Under the pieces are notes generated by a model. That model ran no database searches and was not told the DNA's origin. It saw nothing but the letters and a program-made list of their open reading frames with translations. A stretch of DNA of 64,000 nt from Squalus acanthias. Its lineage: Eukaryota. The stretch is from contig CM059431.1 in the NCBI GenBank assembly GCA_030390025.1, positions 115,446,001 to 115,510,000 of the forward strand, given 5' to 3'. The translations under genes were made by a program, and so were the position numbers. Positions 11,813 to 23,384 of this stretch are shown in pieces (positions within the stretch are counted from its first letter, which is position 1; each line of letters opens with the position of its first letter).

Positions 11813-12705
11813 GGGGGAGAAATTCAGTATCGCCCCATTTGGGGCGCAATTATCGGCCGGGCGCAAAGATTAGCGCCTGGCTCTAATTATCGCCACCGAC
11901 TGCAAACTTGACTTTTATCGCCCCTGGAGGTGATTGCAGCGCTAAATCAGGCGCTTCACACCTGTCTTAAGGCGCAAAGGCCGAGGAGCGAGGCGCTACC
12001 TCAGAGCGCTGGCGAAGCTCATGTAATGTCAGTCAGCAATGGAACACACACACAATGCCACGGGCCAGTTCTTAAAGGGGATGGTTAATCTTGCTTTCCA
12101 TCCACATCCTGCTCATTGCAGCCTTGAATCTCGGCCTGGAGAGACCTGCACATCAAATCTGCTGGAAAGAACAATGGAGAGTACCAGTCAAAGAGCTCAG
12201 AGTGCAACCCCCACAGTCTCTTCTAAATCGATACAAGGAATGGCAAATCAAAATGAACCTGCAAAGTGCTGCTCAGTACCCAAAACTCCTTCACACAACA
12301 TTGAATCTCTCCAGAAGTCTCTCCCTCTCTCTCTCAGAATGCGTAGTTCAAAAATGGCACCAACAATAAAAGGCAGGAAGCGGTCACCTTTAAATAGCGC
12401 TCCCCCTTTCCCTTCATGACTGCAGAACGCTCCCCTCAACCTGTCGTTGCTAGCGTCAGGCGGTAAGGAAGGGGGCGCCACTCAATATCCGCTCCGGGGC
12501 GATACCGGGGCGTTGCGCACTCGACTGACGTCACGATCTGCCGGTGCAGGAGATCGTGGCGGTAGTGTTTAGCGCCGCCGCAAAATGTCTAGTTAATTTC
12601 GCGAGCGGCGCAAACTTCGCCGCGCCTGGGCGCCAGATGCTTTGCGCCCCATTAGCGCCCTCTTAAGGCGCTAACGGGAGGCGCAACCAACTGAATTTTT
12701 CCCCC
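11813..12705 (-). mobile_element. Non-autonomous derivative of Harbinger A (893 bp)
   Basis: Ends are reverse complements of the family A termini. TSD TAT (11810-11812 and 12706-12708), confirmed by an empty-site copy at 13137-13315. Confidence 0.92.
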
Positions 12706-12822
12706 TATAACTCTGTCTGAGTCTAGATCTGGTGTAAACACTGGGAGGGATGTCTATATTACATTATGTTGTCTTAAATTTAAATTTGTAATGAAGTTCC
12801 TGCCTCTTTCTGGTGGGACATG

Positions 12823-13402
12823 TTGGTGCAGTTTCATGAATACAGCTGAAAATGGGTTTATCACAAAAAATAAGCATTTTAATCAGAGTGTCTAGTCCAC
12901 CCGATTTTAAATAACTGAAAATGACTTTAAAGAACTATACAGACCCATTTGCTAGTTATACTGGTTTGCAGTAGTCACTTTCTTAGTTAATTAAAAAATA
13001 TATATATTCTAAAGCTTTTAAAACATGCTTATTATTATCCTTGTGCCTAAAAGAACTAGCTTAATTTTTAGAGCCTCCACAAAGGCCCGCAAACGAGCGC
13101 AATTAGCGGAAACTCACCATGGTGATTAATTTGATCTGTAATGTAGACATCCCTCCCAGTGTTTACACCAGATCTAGACTCAGACAGAGTTATAAAGTCA
13201 TAACCGCACCGAAGGAGGCCATTCGGCCCATCGAGTCCGTGCCGGTAATCTATGTATATTGAGCATCCAAGATTGCTTAGCAACTTCCCCTAATTATTTT
13301 CCACTTACTTGTTCCGCTGACATAAAAAAACAGAAAGGCCTGGAGTTTCTGCTCAGTTACATTGGGGTTTTTTTCAGCGTAACGCGCCCCAAAATCGGTG
13401 AA
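12823..13402. repeat. Composite local duplication (two inverted segments and one direct segment)
   Basis: 12823-13136 = rc of ~14352-14664; 13137-13315 = rc of 11688-11812 joined to 12709-12763; 13316-13402 = direct copy of 14131-14216. Confidence 0.88.
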
Positions 13403-14150
13403 TTGTGCTCATTTAAGGGGCATAACGGAGTTTAAAATGGTGGCTATTAAGTCCAATTCAATTTTTATTGCATAGGATTCTTCGATCTTTACCAGTGCTT
13501 TGGCAACTCCATCCAGGAAAAGTACGAACGAATACAACAAGTGCATTATGAGAGATCGCCGAACACTTTCACGTAAAACCACTTTTGTGAAAATAAATGT
13601 TTGGCAAACCTTTATTCATTGGCTTACCAACACGCAATACTAATTATATTGAAATGGTCTTTGTGTTACTTGTGTGTGACATCAGGATGAAAATGATGCA
13701 TGTTTCTCTGTCTCTTCTTCCTCTAAAAATAAAAAATATATAAACATGCATTAACACCTCTTTAACAATGTCTAATTTATTCCAAACTACAAAAAAAAGT
13801 ATAATTAGAAATGCTTTATAGCTATATTACTGTCATTTTTGCCTGTAATTCTCCTCCATCCCACTATTGGTGGCAGAGCCTTTAGCCAACATGTCCCTGC
13901 ACCCTGAATTTTCTTCCGAAAGTACATTTTCTCCACCTTCAAACGCTTCTTCAAAACACTTTGACCACACCTTCAGTCCCTTTCCCTAACTCTCTTCCTA
14001 ATTCCTGCTCAGTACCCTTTCTCACCTTCTTTGTGAAACTACTTGGCGCAATTTGTTATGTTAAAGGTGCTAAATAAATCGCAAGTTGTTGTTCTGGTAG
14101 ACAGCTTTTGAACTTGTTCATTTTTGTTATGCTGACATAAAAAACAGAAA

Positions 14151-14897
14151 GGCCTGGAGTTTCTGCTCAGTTACGTTGTTTTTTTTTTCAGCGTAACGCG
14201 CCCCAAAATCGGTGAAACCAGTGCAAGAAATCGCAGAATTTCAAACGCTAATTTCGTCCAGCCCAACTCGAGTTTCCGCGATCTTTTGCGCTGGTTTAAA
14301 AAACATCGCTCTAGAAGCCGGCCCCGCCCACAAAACTGGCCACGACCCCCCGATCAAATTAATCACCATGGCGAGTTTCCGCTAATTGCGCTCGTTTGCG
14401 GGCCTTTGTGGAGGCTCTAAAAATTAAGCTAGTTCTTTTAGGCACAAGGACAATAACAAGCATGTTTTAAAAGCTTTAGAATATATATTTTTTTAATTAA
14501 CTAAGAAAGTGACTACTGCAAACCAGTATAACTAGCAAATGGGTCAGTATAGTTTTTTAAAGTCATTTTCAGTTATTTAAAATTGGGTGGACTAGACACT
14601 CTGATTAAAATGCTTATTTTTTGTGATAAACCCATTTTCAGCTGTATTCATGAAACTGCACCAAGTTTTCACTCTTAAATATATCACAGAATATTTTTTA
14701 AAGCAAAATTAAAATAAAAAATTATGTTCTAAAAGGCTGCACGATCGCGCTGGTTCATGGCAGATTTCGCCATCGGCGATGTGCAAATGAGTTTGAGCAG
14801 AAACTCGAGAAAGAAAATAACTTCTCAAAACTGCCGCAATTCGGGGCGCGATTTGCTCCCGGAACGCCGTTCACGCCCAAAGCGGAAACTCTACCGC
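14151..14897. mobile_element. Harbinger-type MITE
   Basis: Imperfect TIRs GGCCTGGAGTTTCTGCT and AGCGGAAACTCTACCGC; flanks AAA/AAC; related copy at ~36590-37161. Confidence 0.65.
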
Positions 14898-16489
14898 AAC
14901 ACGTTTTGAATGTTGCAAAGGAAATCCATTGATCGGGTTCGGCGTTTGTACAGATCAAGCAGGAAGTTTTCTTTTGTTGTGGAAAGTTGACATGAGTTGT
15001 GTCAGTGAAAAGGGCAGATACACAATATTCCGACACGGAACATTGCTTGGAATTGCTTTTTTTCCATTGTAGTAACGTGTAAAAAGTGATCGGACACACA
15101 TTCAAACTCCCAAGTGTAGCAAACCCAGGCCGTCATGCTTTGACTGCAGCTGACACTTATTGCTAAATCATTACACACAAGACATTCCAATTTCTCTAAT
15201 TAAAGGAGAAAAACCTTGTTGTTCATCTGCAGACTTTTCCGATTTACTGCAAATAAGCATGAGTTCCTGCCTTGGAGCATTATCTGCAAACTGCAGTCAG
15301 ATGTAGGATCTGTCTAATCAGCCATGGGAACTGAGCCTTAATTAGACTGCTAGAACAAACAGGGCAGCACAGTGAATGAAAATTATTAGCCATCGTGCAG
15401 AGTCCTGTTTCTAATTTTAAAGAGGAAATTAAATCATGCATTAATCAATCTCTAGCCCTGAGCGTAGCCAAGTTTTTTTTTAAATTAAAAAGTCCTCCAA
15501 CACAAAGAGGAAATCAACAGTGTATTTAGGGAAAACACATCCCCTCATGGATAAGTGCAGCACAATGTAGCTCTATTGCAATGTTTTATTCTTAATACAG
15601 AATCCAAGATAAATACTCAGCACTAGTTAAAGCACAGAGTTGATACACATGAAAGTAATCAGGGTTAAGCTTGGCTTAAGGCAGAGGAGACAACAAACAC
15701 ATGGTATAGAAAAGGCTTGCAACAGATGGAGCAAAAGAACAAAAAGACATGGGTAGGAGAGAACTTCGCATTGAAAGAGATGTAGAATATATTCCGTTCC
15801 TCCCGATAGTGAATTGACTATATATCTGGGCATCTGCGTGGCCTTGCAATAACAATGTATGTATCTGTCACAGAGCAGTCAGGTAATAAACTGCACAGGT
15901 CAAATGCTAAGTGATGAAGCATTTTCCATGCTATTCCTCAACAAATGACGAATGGTTCCGAGATAGGTTGCAGACATCAATACTATGACATTAGATATAA
16001 GACTGCATCCATAACTTGCAGATACAGCTTTTGCAATGTTAACTCACATTTGGAGAGCATAAAGAAATCACTGGATGAAACTGTTCAAATGATAAAGAAG
16101 CTGCTCCATTGAATAGAAAAATCCCTTCAGTGAAATTTTGCGAACTTGATCTGTTTTGTCGAGAATTAATTTATCTGGAGTGTTATTCTTTGATGTCGAT
16201 TACTTTACATTTAGCGGAATTATTAAAATGACATTATACTGCATTAATACTGGTAAATCATGTTCAGAAATATATAAAACTGTGCAGGTAACATATTTTA
16301 AGCCCTTTCCCTCTTTGTGCATCTACTGTACTTATACAATGGTAAATATACCCTCAAAATTAAATGTAAACTCTTTTAGAAATTAAAAAGCATTGCTGTA
16401 AAACAGACACGCAGCAAAAAAAGCCATAACTTAAATATTCAATTCATCCACTTTAACTGTCAGCTTGCTGATATCTTGCCAGCTGCTTG

Positions 16490-18230
16490 GCAATATTGCC
16501 AGCACTGTCCCTTTCCTCAGGCACTGTTCACTTGTCCAAACTGTTGTCATCACGTCCTTCCCAAAATGCCCAACCTCAAACACTCTGCCCTCTCCAACTG
16601 GCTTTTCTCTAATCCCCTTTTCTCTCCAAAGTCTTCAAAAGCCTCTTTGCCACCAAACTCTGCATCAGCATCTCCCTCCATTCTATGCTTGAATTTCTTC
16701 AGTCTGGTTTCTGCCCTAACAAAGCACCCGGTCAGAGACATCAATGAAATCTCAGTGAGTGTGGCCATGGCGCACTTTCTCTCCTTGAGTTCTCTGTAAC
16801 TTTGAACATGGTTCATTATGCTGTCCTCCTCCATGGTTCAGCACCATGGTAACACCCACTCATGATACCATTTCTCCATTTCTAACAGACCCAATGTAGA
16901 CAGTAGATTTCCAATCTTATCCCACACAGTCTCCTCCAGCTCTATCCTTGACCCCTCCCATTTCCCTCATCTACATGTTACATCTTGGCGACAGTTCTGC
17001 AAACTTCAGCCTAACTATCATTTGTATGTCAATGATACTTAATTGTACCTCTCAGTCACTGCCCTTAATTCAGTGACTACCACTGCGCTGTCTACTGTCT
17101 ATCGGGCATGAAGTCCTAGATGAGTAAAAATTTTGTCCAGCTCAACATTGAAAGCCATCCTTCTTCATTCCCACCAGAAACTTTGGATCTCAGCCACTGA
17201 TTGTATCCCCCTTCCTGGCTACTCACTCAGGCTAAACCCAACAGTGTGCAGATTTAGCGTCATGATACACACTGAGCTAGGCTTCAAACATCCATCATCA
17301 AGACAGCCTACTTGCACCTCCATAGCATCGTCTACCACATTACCTCAACTCCACCACTGCCGAAAACCTCATTCAGGACCATGAAATCTCAAGGCCTGAC
17401 TTCTCCCATACTCTCCTCACTGCCCTCCTGAACTCCATCCTACATAAACTCCAACTCATCCGGAACTCTTCCATTTGTAGCCTGTTGGGTACTATTACCC
17501 ACATATCTATCGTCCTTAGGCTGACACTCCAGTGCAGTACTGAGGGAGTGCTGCACAGTCGGAGGTGCCGTCTTTCAGATGAGATTTTAAATCGCGGCCC
17601 CATCTGCTCTCTCAGGTGGACGTAAAAGATCCCATGGCACTATTTCGAACAAGAGCAGGGGAGTTATCCCCAGTGTCCTGGCCAATATTTATCCCTCAAT
17701 CAACATAACCAAAACAGATTATCTGTTCATTATCACATTACTGTTTGTGGGAGCTTGCTGTGTGCATATTGGCTGCCACATTTCCTACATTACAACAATG
17801 ACTACATTACAACAGTGACTACACTTTAAAAAAAAGCACTTCAGTGGCTGTAAAGCACTTTGGGATGTCCGGTGGTCGTGAAAGGCGCTATATAAATAAT
17901 CTTTTTTTCATTATCTTTGCCGACCTTCAATGATTCCCCATCCCCCAAGGCACTGACTTTAAAATCCTCATTCCCTTTTCAAATCCCTCCATGGTCTTGT
18001 TCCACCCTATCTCTGCAATCTTTTCCTACCCCACAGTCCCGCATGTACCCTTCAGGTTCTGGTGTACTATACACACCCTTCCCCATTTCATTGACTGACA
18101 GTAGCAGAGCCTTCTGCCACCAGGCTCCTGCACTCTGGAACTTGATTTCTTTAACCCTCTACTCACTTTTCTCTCCACCTTGAAAAAGCCTCTCGTAAAC
18201 CTATCTCTTCAACCATGCATTCAGTCACCT
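16490..18230 (+). mobile_element. Degraded L2 LINE fragments interrupted by a SINE
   Basis: L2-like RT and 3' region motifs (yatgtcaatgatact, ctccaactcatcc, ctttaaaatcctcat, gccttctgccacc). Confidence 0.55.
17519..17910 (+). mobile_element. SacSINE/DeuSINE-like SINE lacking head
   Basis: High similarity to 42398-42771. Confidence 0.82.
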
Positions 18231-18469
18231 TCCACAACTTCTCTCCCAATTCTTGTTTGGTGTTCCCTGATCTCCAGTATAGAATCGCGGCAAGTTTGCT
18301 ATGCGAAGGGTGCAAGTAGTTTTTGTTGCAGCTATTTTTATGACTAGCAACTCCACTGATGGCTTCAAGCAGTAAATGCACAATGTGATGTTGGACTGAG
18401 CCATGAGGTTCAGCGCCTGCTCTGGTTTTTGCTGAGTTAAATTATCTTATTCAGGGTGCTAGTGGAGTA

Positions 18470-18770
18470 AAAGAAAGAAAAACTTGCATTTATATAGCAC
18501 CTTATGACATCTTCAGGATATCCCAAAGTGCTTCACATTTAATGAGTTACTTTTGAAGCGCAGTCACTTATGTTCGCAAATACAGCAGCCAATTGTGTCC
18601 AGCAAGATCCCACAAACAGCAAATGAGATGAATGACCAGTTAACCTGCTTTTGGTGGTGTTGTTTGAGAGCAAAATGTTGATCAGGACACTTCAAATGGT
18701 GCCATGGGATTGTTTATGTCCACCTACGCAGGCAGACATTGGTTAATGTCACATCCAAAAGACAGGTATT
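18470..18770 (-). mobile_element. SacSINE/DeuSINE-like SINE fragment
   Basis: Reverse complement of the SINE tail (aagaaaaacttgcatttatatagcac). Confidence 0.7.
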
Positions 18771-18842
18771 GCATTTAGCCTTGGTATCTGAGCTAGGGGG
18801 AGGTGGGGGGGAGGGTAATCTGTCAGGGATACTACTTATGAT

Positions 18843-19035
18843 ATAACAACAGAAATGCTGGAAACACTCAGCAGGTCAGGCAGCATCGAGGAGAGAGAAA
18901 CAGAGTCAATGCTTCGAGTCGGGGACTCAAAACGTTAACTCTGTTTCTCTCTCCTCGATGCTGCCTGACCTGCTGAATGTTTCCAGCATTTCTGTTGTTA
19001 TTTCAGATTTCCAGCATCCGCAGTATTTTGCTGTT
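18843..19035. repeat. Near-perfect ~160-bp palindrome, probably an inverted Penelope-type pLTR remnant
   Basis: ~70-bp arms ataacaacagaaatgctgg...gagagaaacagag / ctctgtttctctctc...ccagcatttctgttgttat; a decayed similar copy lies at ~49090-49185. Confidence 0.7.
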
Positions 19036-20259
19036 GTATTACTGCTTATGATTCCTCTTTAACAGGCCCTACTGGAAGTGTGGATGTTGGGTGAGGATAA
19101 ATAGGTTGCTAACAATCACTGTCTAGGCTCACATGTAAAGTAGGCCATTTGAGTGAGGTACGAAAAGCTGCCAGTGCCTGTGAAAGCGAAAACAAATCAC
19201 TGCTTTTAAGAGAAGGAGGTGAAAGGAGGGGAAAATTGAGGGGAAAAGGTGCTGTGACATTATGTTGCTAGGTTCTAACACCTGAGGTAAGAAAATCTTC
19301 CATTCTGATTATTTTGCAGTTAATTACCAAAATGCCTGAACAATGAATGTCAAAAGGCACTTCTCTGTACACATGGTCATTAGTAACATGTTTAACATCA
19401 AGCTCAAGCTCCTCATTTATGGCGTGAATGACCCTTAATATAATGACTATGACCCATTTGGATTCAGGCACAGTCTGACTGTGTCTACTGCTGGAATGTG
19501 AACTCCTCATTAAAATTTATTAAAGGAAAGAGGCCAGCCTCTGACCTCTGATTTCTACTAGCCTATTTGCACATACTTTACTCATTCATTCTTTGGCATT
19601 AATCTAGTTTCTGGTGTTTATCAGATAAATTTAGACTGAGTGAAGCTTTGTTTGCGAAACAGTAATGATGTATATAAGGCGGAAAAACAATAAAAAAGAC
19701 GGGAGTCTTTTCTAAATTATGGCATAATTATTGTTGTGCAGCTAATCATATATTAAAATAAATGTATTAAGAGAAATTTGTTTTAATTTCAAGTTCATTT
19801 TCTTTTTTAGAAACCAACCAGTTCAACAATCTGCTCTTCCTCTGTGATAACTTAATTGGGCTCTTGCTCAATTAATTATGAATTAATAATATGATAGGAT
19901 GGACCTAAACCTTCTTAAATCTACAGTTAGCGCAATACACTTAAGTATTATTAGGTTTATTAACATATACTAATAATTATGCTATATGCTGTCTTCAGTC
20001 TTCAAGAACTATTAATTTTCAGGCAAGTCTCCAAAAATAGTATGGCAAACTTTAGGTCCCAACCTTAAAAGACTGATTACATATATTGGACTAACATGAT
20101 AGATTTTCTCTTTATTTCAGTGAGGGTTAATCAACACTAATATTACATCTAGATTACAATGGACTGTTTAAGTACCTGTTGGCATCGGATGTACCTCAGT
20201 TCCTGTCAAGACAGGATGCTAAACATTTTTAATATGCAAGACAGAAACAATAACACATA

Positions 20260-21720
20260 TGCAAGCTGGCACCTGCTCTATCCTTTCCCCCTGCCCTGGC
20301 TCCAGCGCACTTGTGCCCGGTGTCTCACCACGTGCAGGTCCCGCCTCTATCCTATCCTCTAAATTATGTGCAATGTCAGTATCTGATCTGGTGACTGCAG
20401 CTGTGAAATCAAGTGACGGTGCGTCTTCATCTTCACTATCTTCTTGCGCTTCCTCCACTGCCTGGGAAGGTTGCAATTCTTGGGCACGTGAAAGGAAAAA
20501 GGTACAGGACATCTTTCCTCTGTTCCACCAAGACCTCCAGTGTAGCATCTGCTCTTGGTTTCCGCTCTCTCGCGTGGTCAACCATTTTTGATTGTTGCAC
20601 AGCACAATATTCTCACTGATCTCAGCAGCTCCAGCAGCCACAATGCATCTTCCCTTTAAGAGGTGCAGGCTAGCTTTAAGCAGTGTAGGCTAGCTTTAAG
20701 TAGTGCCAGGAAATAATCCTATTGGGCCCTCTGATGATGCTCTCTCTTCTCTCTCTTAGGCAGTCCCTCGGAACCGAGGATGACTTGCTTCCACATTAAA
20801 AATGAGTTCTCAGGTGACTGATGAGTCCAATATGGGACCTACAGCCTCTGTCACAGGTGGGGACCGTGGTTAAAGGGGCGGGTAGGTGGGGTGCTTGGGT
20901 TGACGTGCGCTCCTTCCGCTGTTTGTGCTTGGCTTCCGCTTGCTCCCGACGAAGAGACTCGAGGTATTCGGCTCCTTCCTGGATGCTTCTCCTCCACTTT
21001 GTGCGGTCTTGGGCCAGGGATTCCCAGGTGTCGGTGGGGATGTTGCATTTTTTCAAGGAGGCTTTGAGGGTGTCCTTGAAGCGTTTCCTCTGCCCACCTG
21101 GGGCTCTCTTGCCGTGCCGGAGCTCCGAGTAGAGCGCTTGCTTTGGGAGTCTCGTATCGGGCATGCGGACGATGTGACCCGTCCATCGAAGCTGATCGAG
21201 CGTGGTCAATGCTTTGATGCTGGGGATGTTGGCCTGAGCGAGAACACTGACGTTGGTGCGCATATCCTGCCAATGGATTTGCAGGATCTTGCGGAGGCAG
21301 CGTTGGTGGTACCTCTCCAGTGCTTTGAGGTGCTTGCTGTACATGGTCCATGTCTCTGAGGCATACAGGAGGGCAGGTATCACTGCTGCTCTGTAGACCA
21401 TGAGCTTAGTGCTGGGTTTGAGGTCCTGGTCTTCAAACACTCTCTTCCTCAGGCGACCGAAGGCTGCACTGGCACACTGAAGGCGGTGTTGGAAAATCAA
21501 AATCCATGACAAGGCCTTGGACAACGTGGACCACTTTCCATACCTCTGATGATGCAGGCAGCCAATGAATAGCGTGGCCAGCACTGGCTGCATGCAGAAA
21601 TCATTATCATGACCAGGCAACACGAAGTTGCCGTCCTCCCTGTGTCCACTGAATGGGTGCGGGTTAATCACGCATCGCGATCCCCGCGCTCGTTTTCGGC
21701 GGCTACCCAAATTAACCCCC
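20260..21720 (-). mobile_element. Internally deleted Harbinger B fragment split by an RTE LINE
   Basis: 20260-20510 is the rc of the Myb exon-3 region (7500-7720); 20645-20727 matches 6555-6600; 21556-21720 matches 4484-4660 and ends in TIR CAAATTAACCCCC. Confidence 0.78.
20741..21542 (-). mobile_element. RTE-clade LINE 3' end, 5'-truncated with 5' inversion
   Basis: 13-bp TSD CCTCTGATGATGC (20728-20740 and 21543-21555); minus-strand ORF with RTE C-terminal motifs (KLMVYRAAVIPALLYASETWT, LRWTGHIVRMPDTRLPKQ, GGQRKRFKDTLK); (GA)n tail. Confidence 0.9.
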
Positions 21721-22518
21721 AAGGTCTATTGCAATGGTTCTTCAATCACTCTTCAATCTCTCCAAGGGCAGGCTGAGTAGGCAATTGGTGAGACATGGCT
21801 AGATAAGAACCATTGAGCTGTTTTATTTCTTAGTGAGAGATCCGACAGAGTAACAGTCATGATTAGCTTCAGATTACAACAGTGCAAATTGTCTTTGCAT
21901 AACTACAAAAATAATGAACACATTGCATTTCCTTCCATCGGTAGGTTGACTTGCATGTATAATCAAACTAATTTCGAACTTGCCCTGCATTGTATCCTTC
22001 TACTTTTTCTGGGCCTGGCTACTTTGCAGCTTTCTGTTTGACAAACTGGACTGCCTACACAGAATCCTGTCTCAATAGCTTTCCTGCCTGTGTCTGTATC
22101 TGTGTTTTATCTCTTGCTGCTCACAGCCAAAAAAGGAACGGAGTGAATATTGACACCACTGTGTCAACCAGTAAGTTGGAGGCGGGGCGGGACTTGTAGC
22201 TTTAATTTACAGGACTCTTCGAACTAATGACTGAAACTACAGCAAACAGAGTTTCCCAAGTACAGCAGGATTATTTCTCCAGCCAGTGAGTGGAGGATAG
22301 TTATATAACACAAATTATGGCCGGAATTTTCTCAAGGGAGGTGGGTTGGGGGCGGGGGGCCTCTGAGGCGGGCAGGAATTCCGGGAGGCCAGGTTTCCCG
22401 CAGGCCCTGCCCAATTTAATGGCAGAGCCTGATTTGAATGTGAGGCTTCGGATTCCCGTCCGTAGCCAGCCAAATTGAGAGGCAGGCTTGCTGCGGGCGG
22501 GTAGGCCTCAGATGCAAG

Positions 22519-23363
22519 GGGCTGGATTTTCCAAGCCCTGAGGAGGCGGGCATGGAGGCGGGACTGCCGGTAAAGTAGCAGAAAGTGGGGACGGATGTCA
22601 AACCCGCCCCCATCCCGCCTCTCTGCCCTTTTGCCAGGAGGGGGGAAGATGTGCTGCTTCAGGTCCCGTCTCCTGGAGGCGGGAAAGGGATTAAATCCTT
22701 TTAACTGCCTGTTAACAGGTGGTTAACAGGCAGGAAAAAGTATTAGTGCCATTTTACCTTCACAGGTGAAGGCTTCCTGACCTCGGAGAACCCCGTCGGG
22801 TTGGAGGAGACGTGAAGGAGGTCTGCGGGGGTCAGAGGCACCTGGAAGTAAGATGTAGAGGTGAGTGATGGGTACAAGTGTGGAGTGGTAAGTATGTTAA
22901 ATGAGTGATAAGTGTTAAAAAATGTTCACTTACCTTGTTTTCTGCCGACAGCCTTCATCCACCCTGGATCGGGAGACCTGACATCCTCCTTGTCGATTTC
23001 ACAGACTGGCTGTTGGATCCTCCGAACCAACAGCCATCTGAAATCTACAAAGTTGAAATGTTTGATGAGTCCTGAACACAAGGACTCATCAAACTACAGA
23101 GAATGTCAGTGTTTGACAGCTTCACAGAGCTGTTAGATGCTGACATTTCTTCTTTCAAGAAGTCTTGACAGATGACACGTCTGACGTTGACGTGCTCTGT
23201 CAGTGACTTCCTCCCTAATTGGCCTGCTGAGCCCACAGGGCGGGCTTAACAAGGTCAATCAGGGGAAAATCCATCTGGTTGGTCAGACGATGATGGAGGC
23301 GGGACATTGACACGACAAGCAGCAGTCCCGCCTGCACTCATCTCCATTGAGAAAGTCCAGCCG
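22519..23363. mobile_element. Nested Harbinger-type MITE, sibling of 26960-30579 in opposite orientation
   Basis: TIRs GGGCTGGATTTT and AAAGTCCAGCCG; flanks AAG/GAG; both ends and the interior match the rc of 26960-27116 and 29867-30579. Confidence 0.72.
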
Positions 23364-23384
23364 GAGGGATCGGTCCTGGGGAGG

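Noticed and set aside
20796..21722. 308-aa ORF as a gene
   Set aside because: Chance fusion of a Harbinger end, the inverted RTE piece and the RTE C-terminus.
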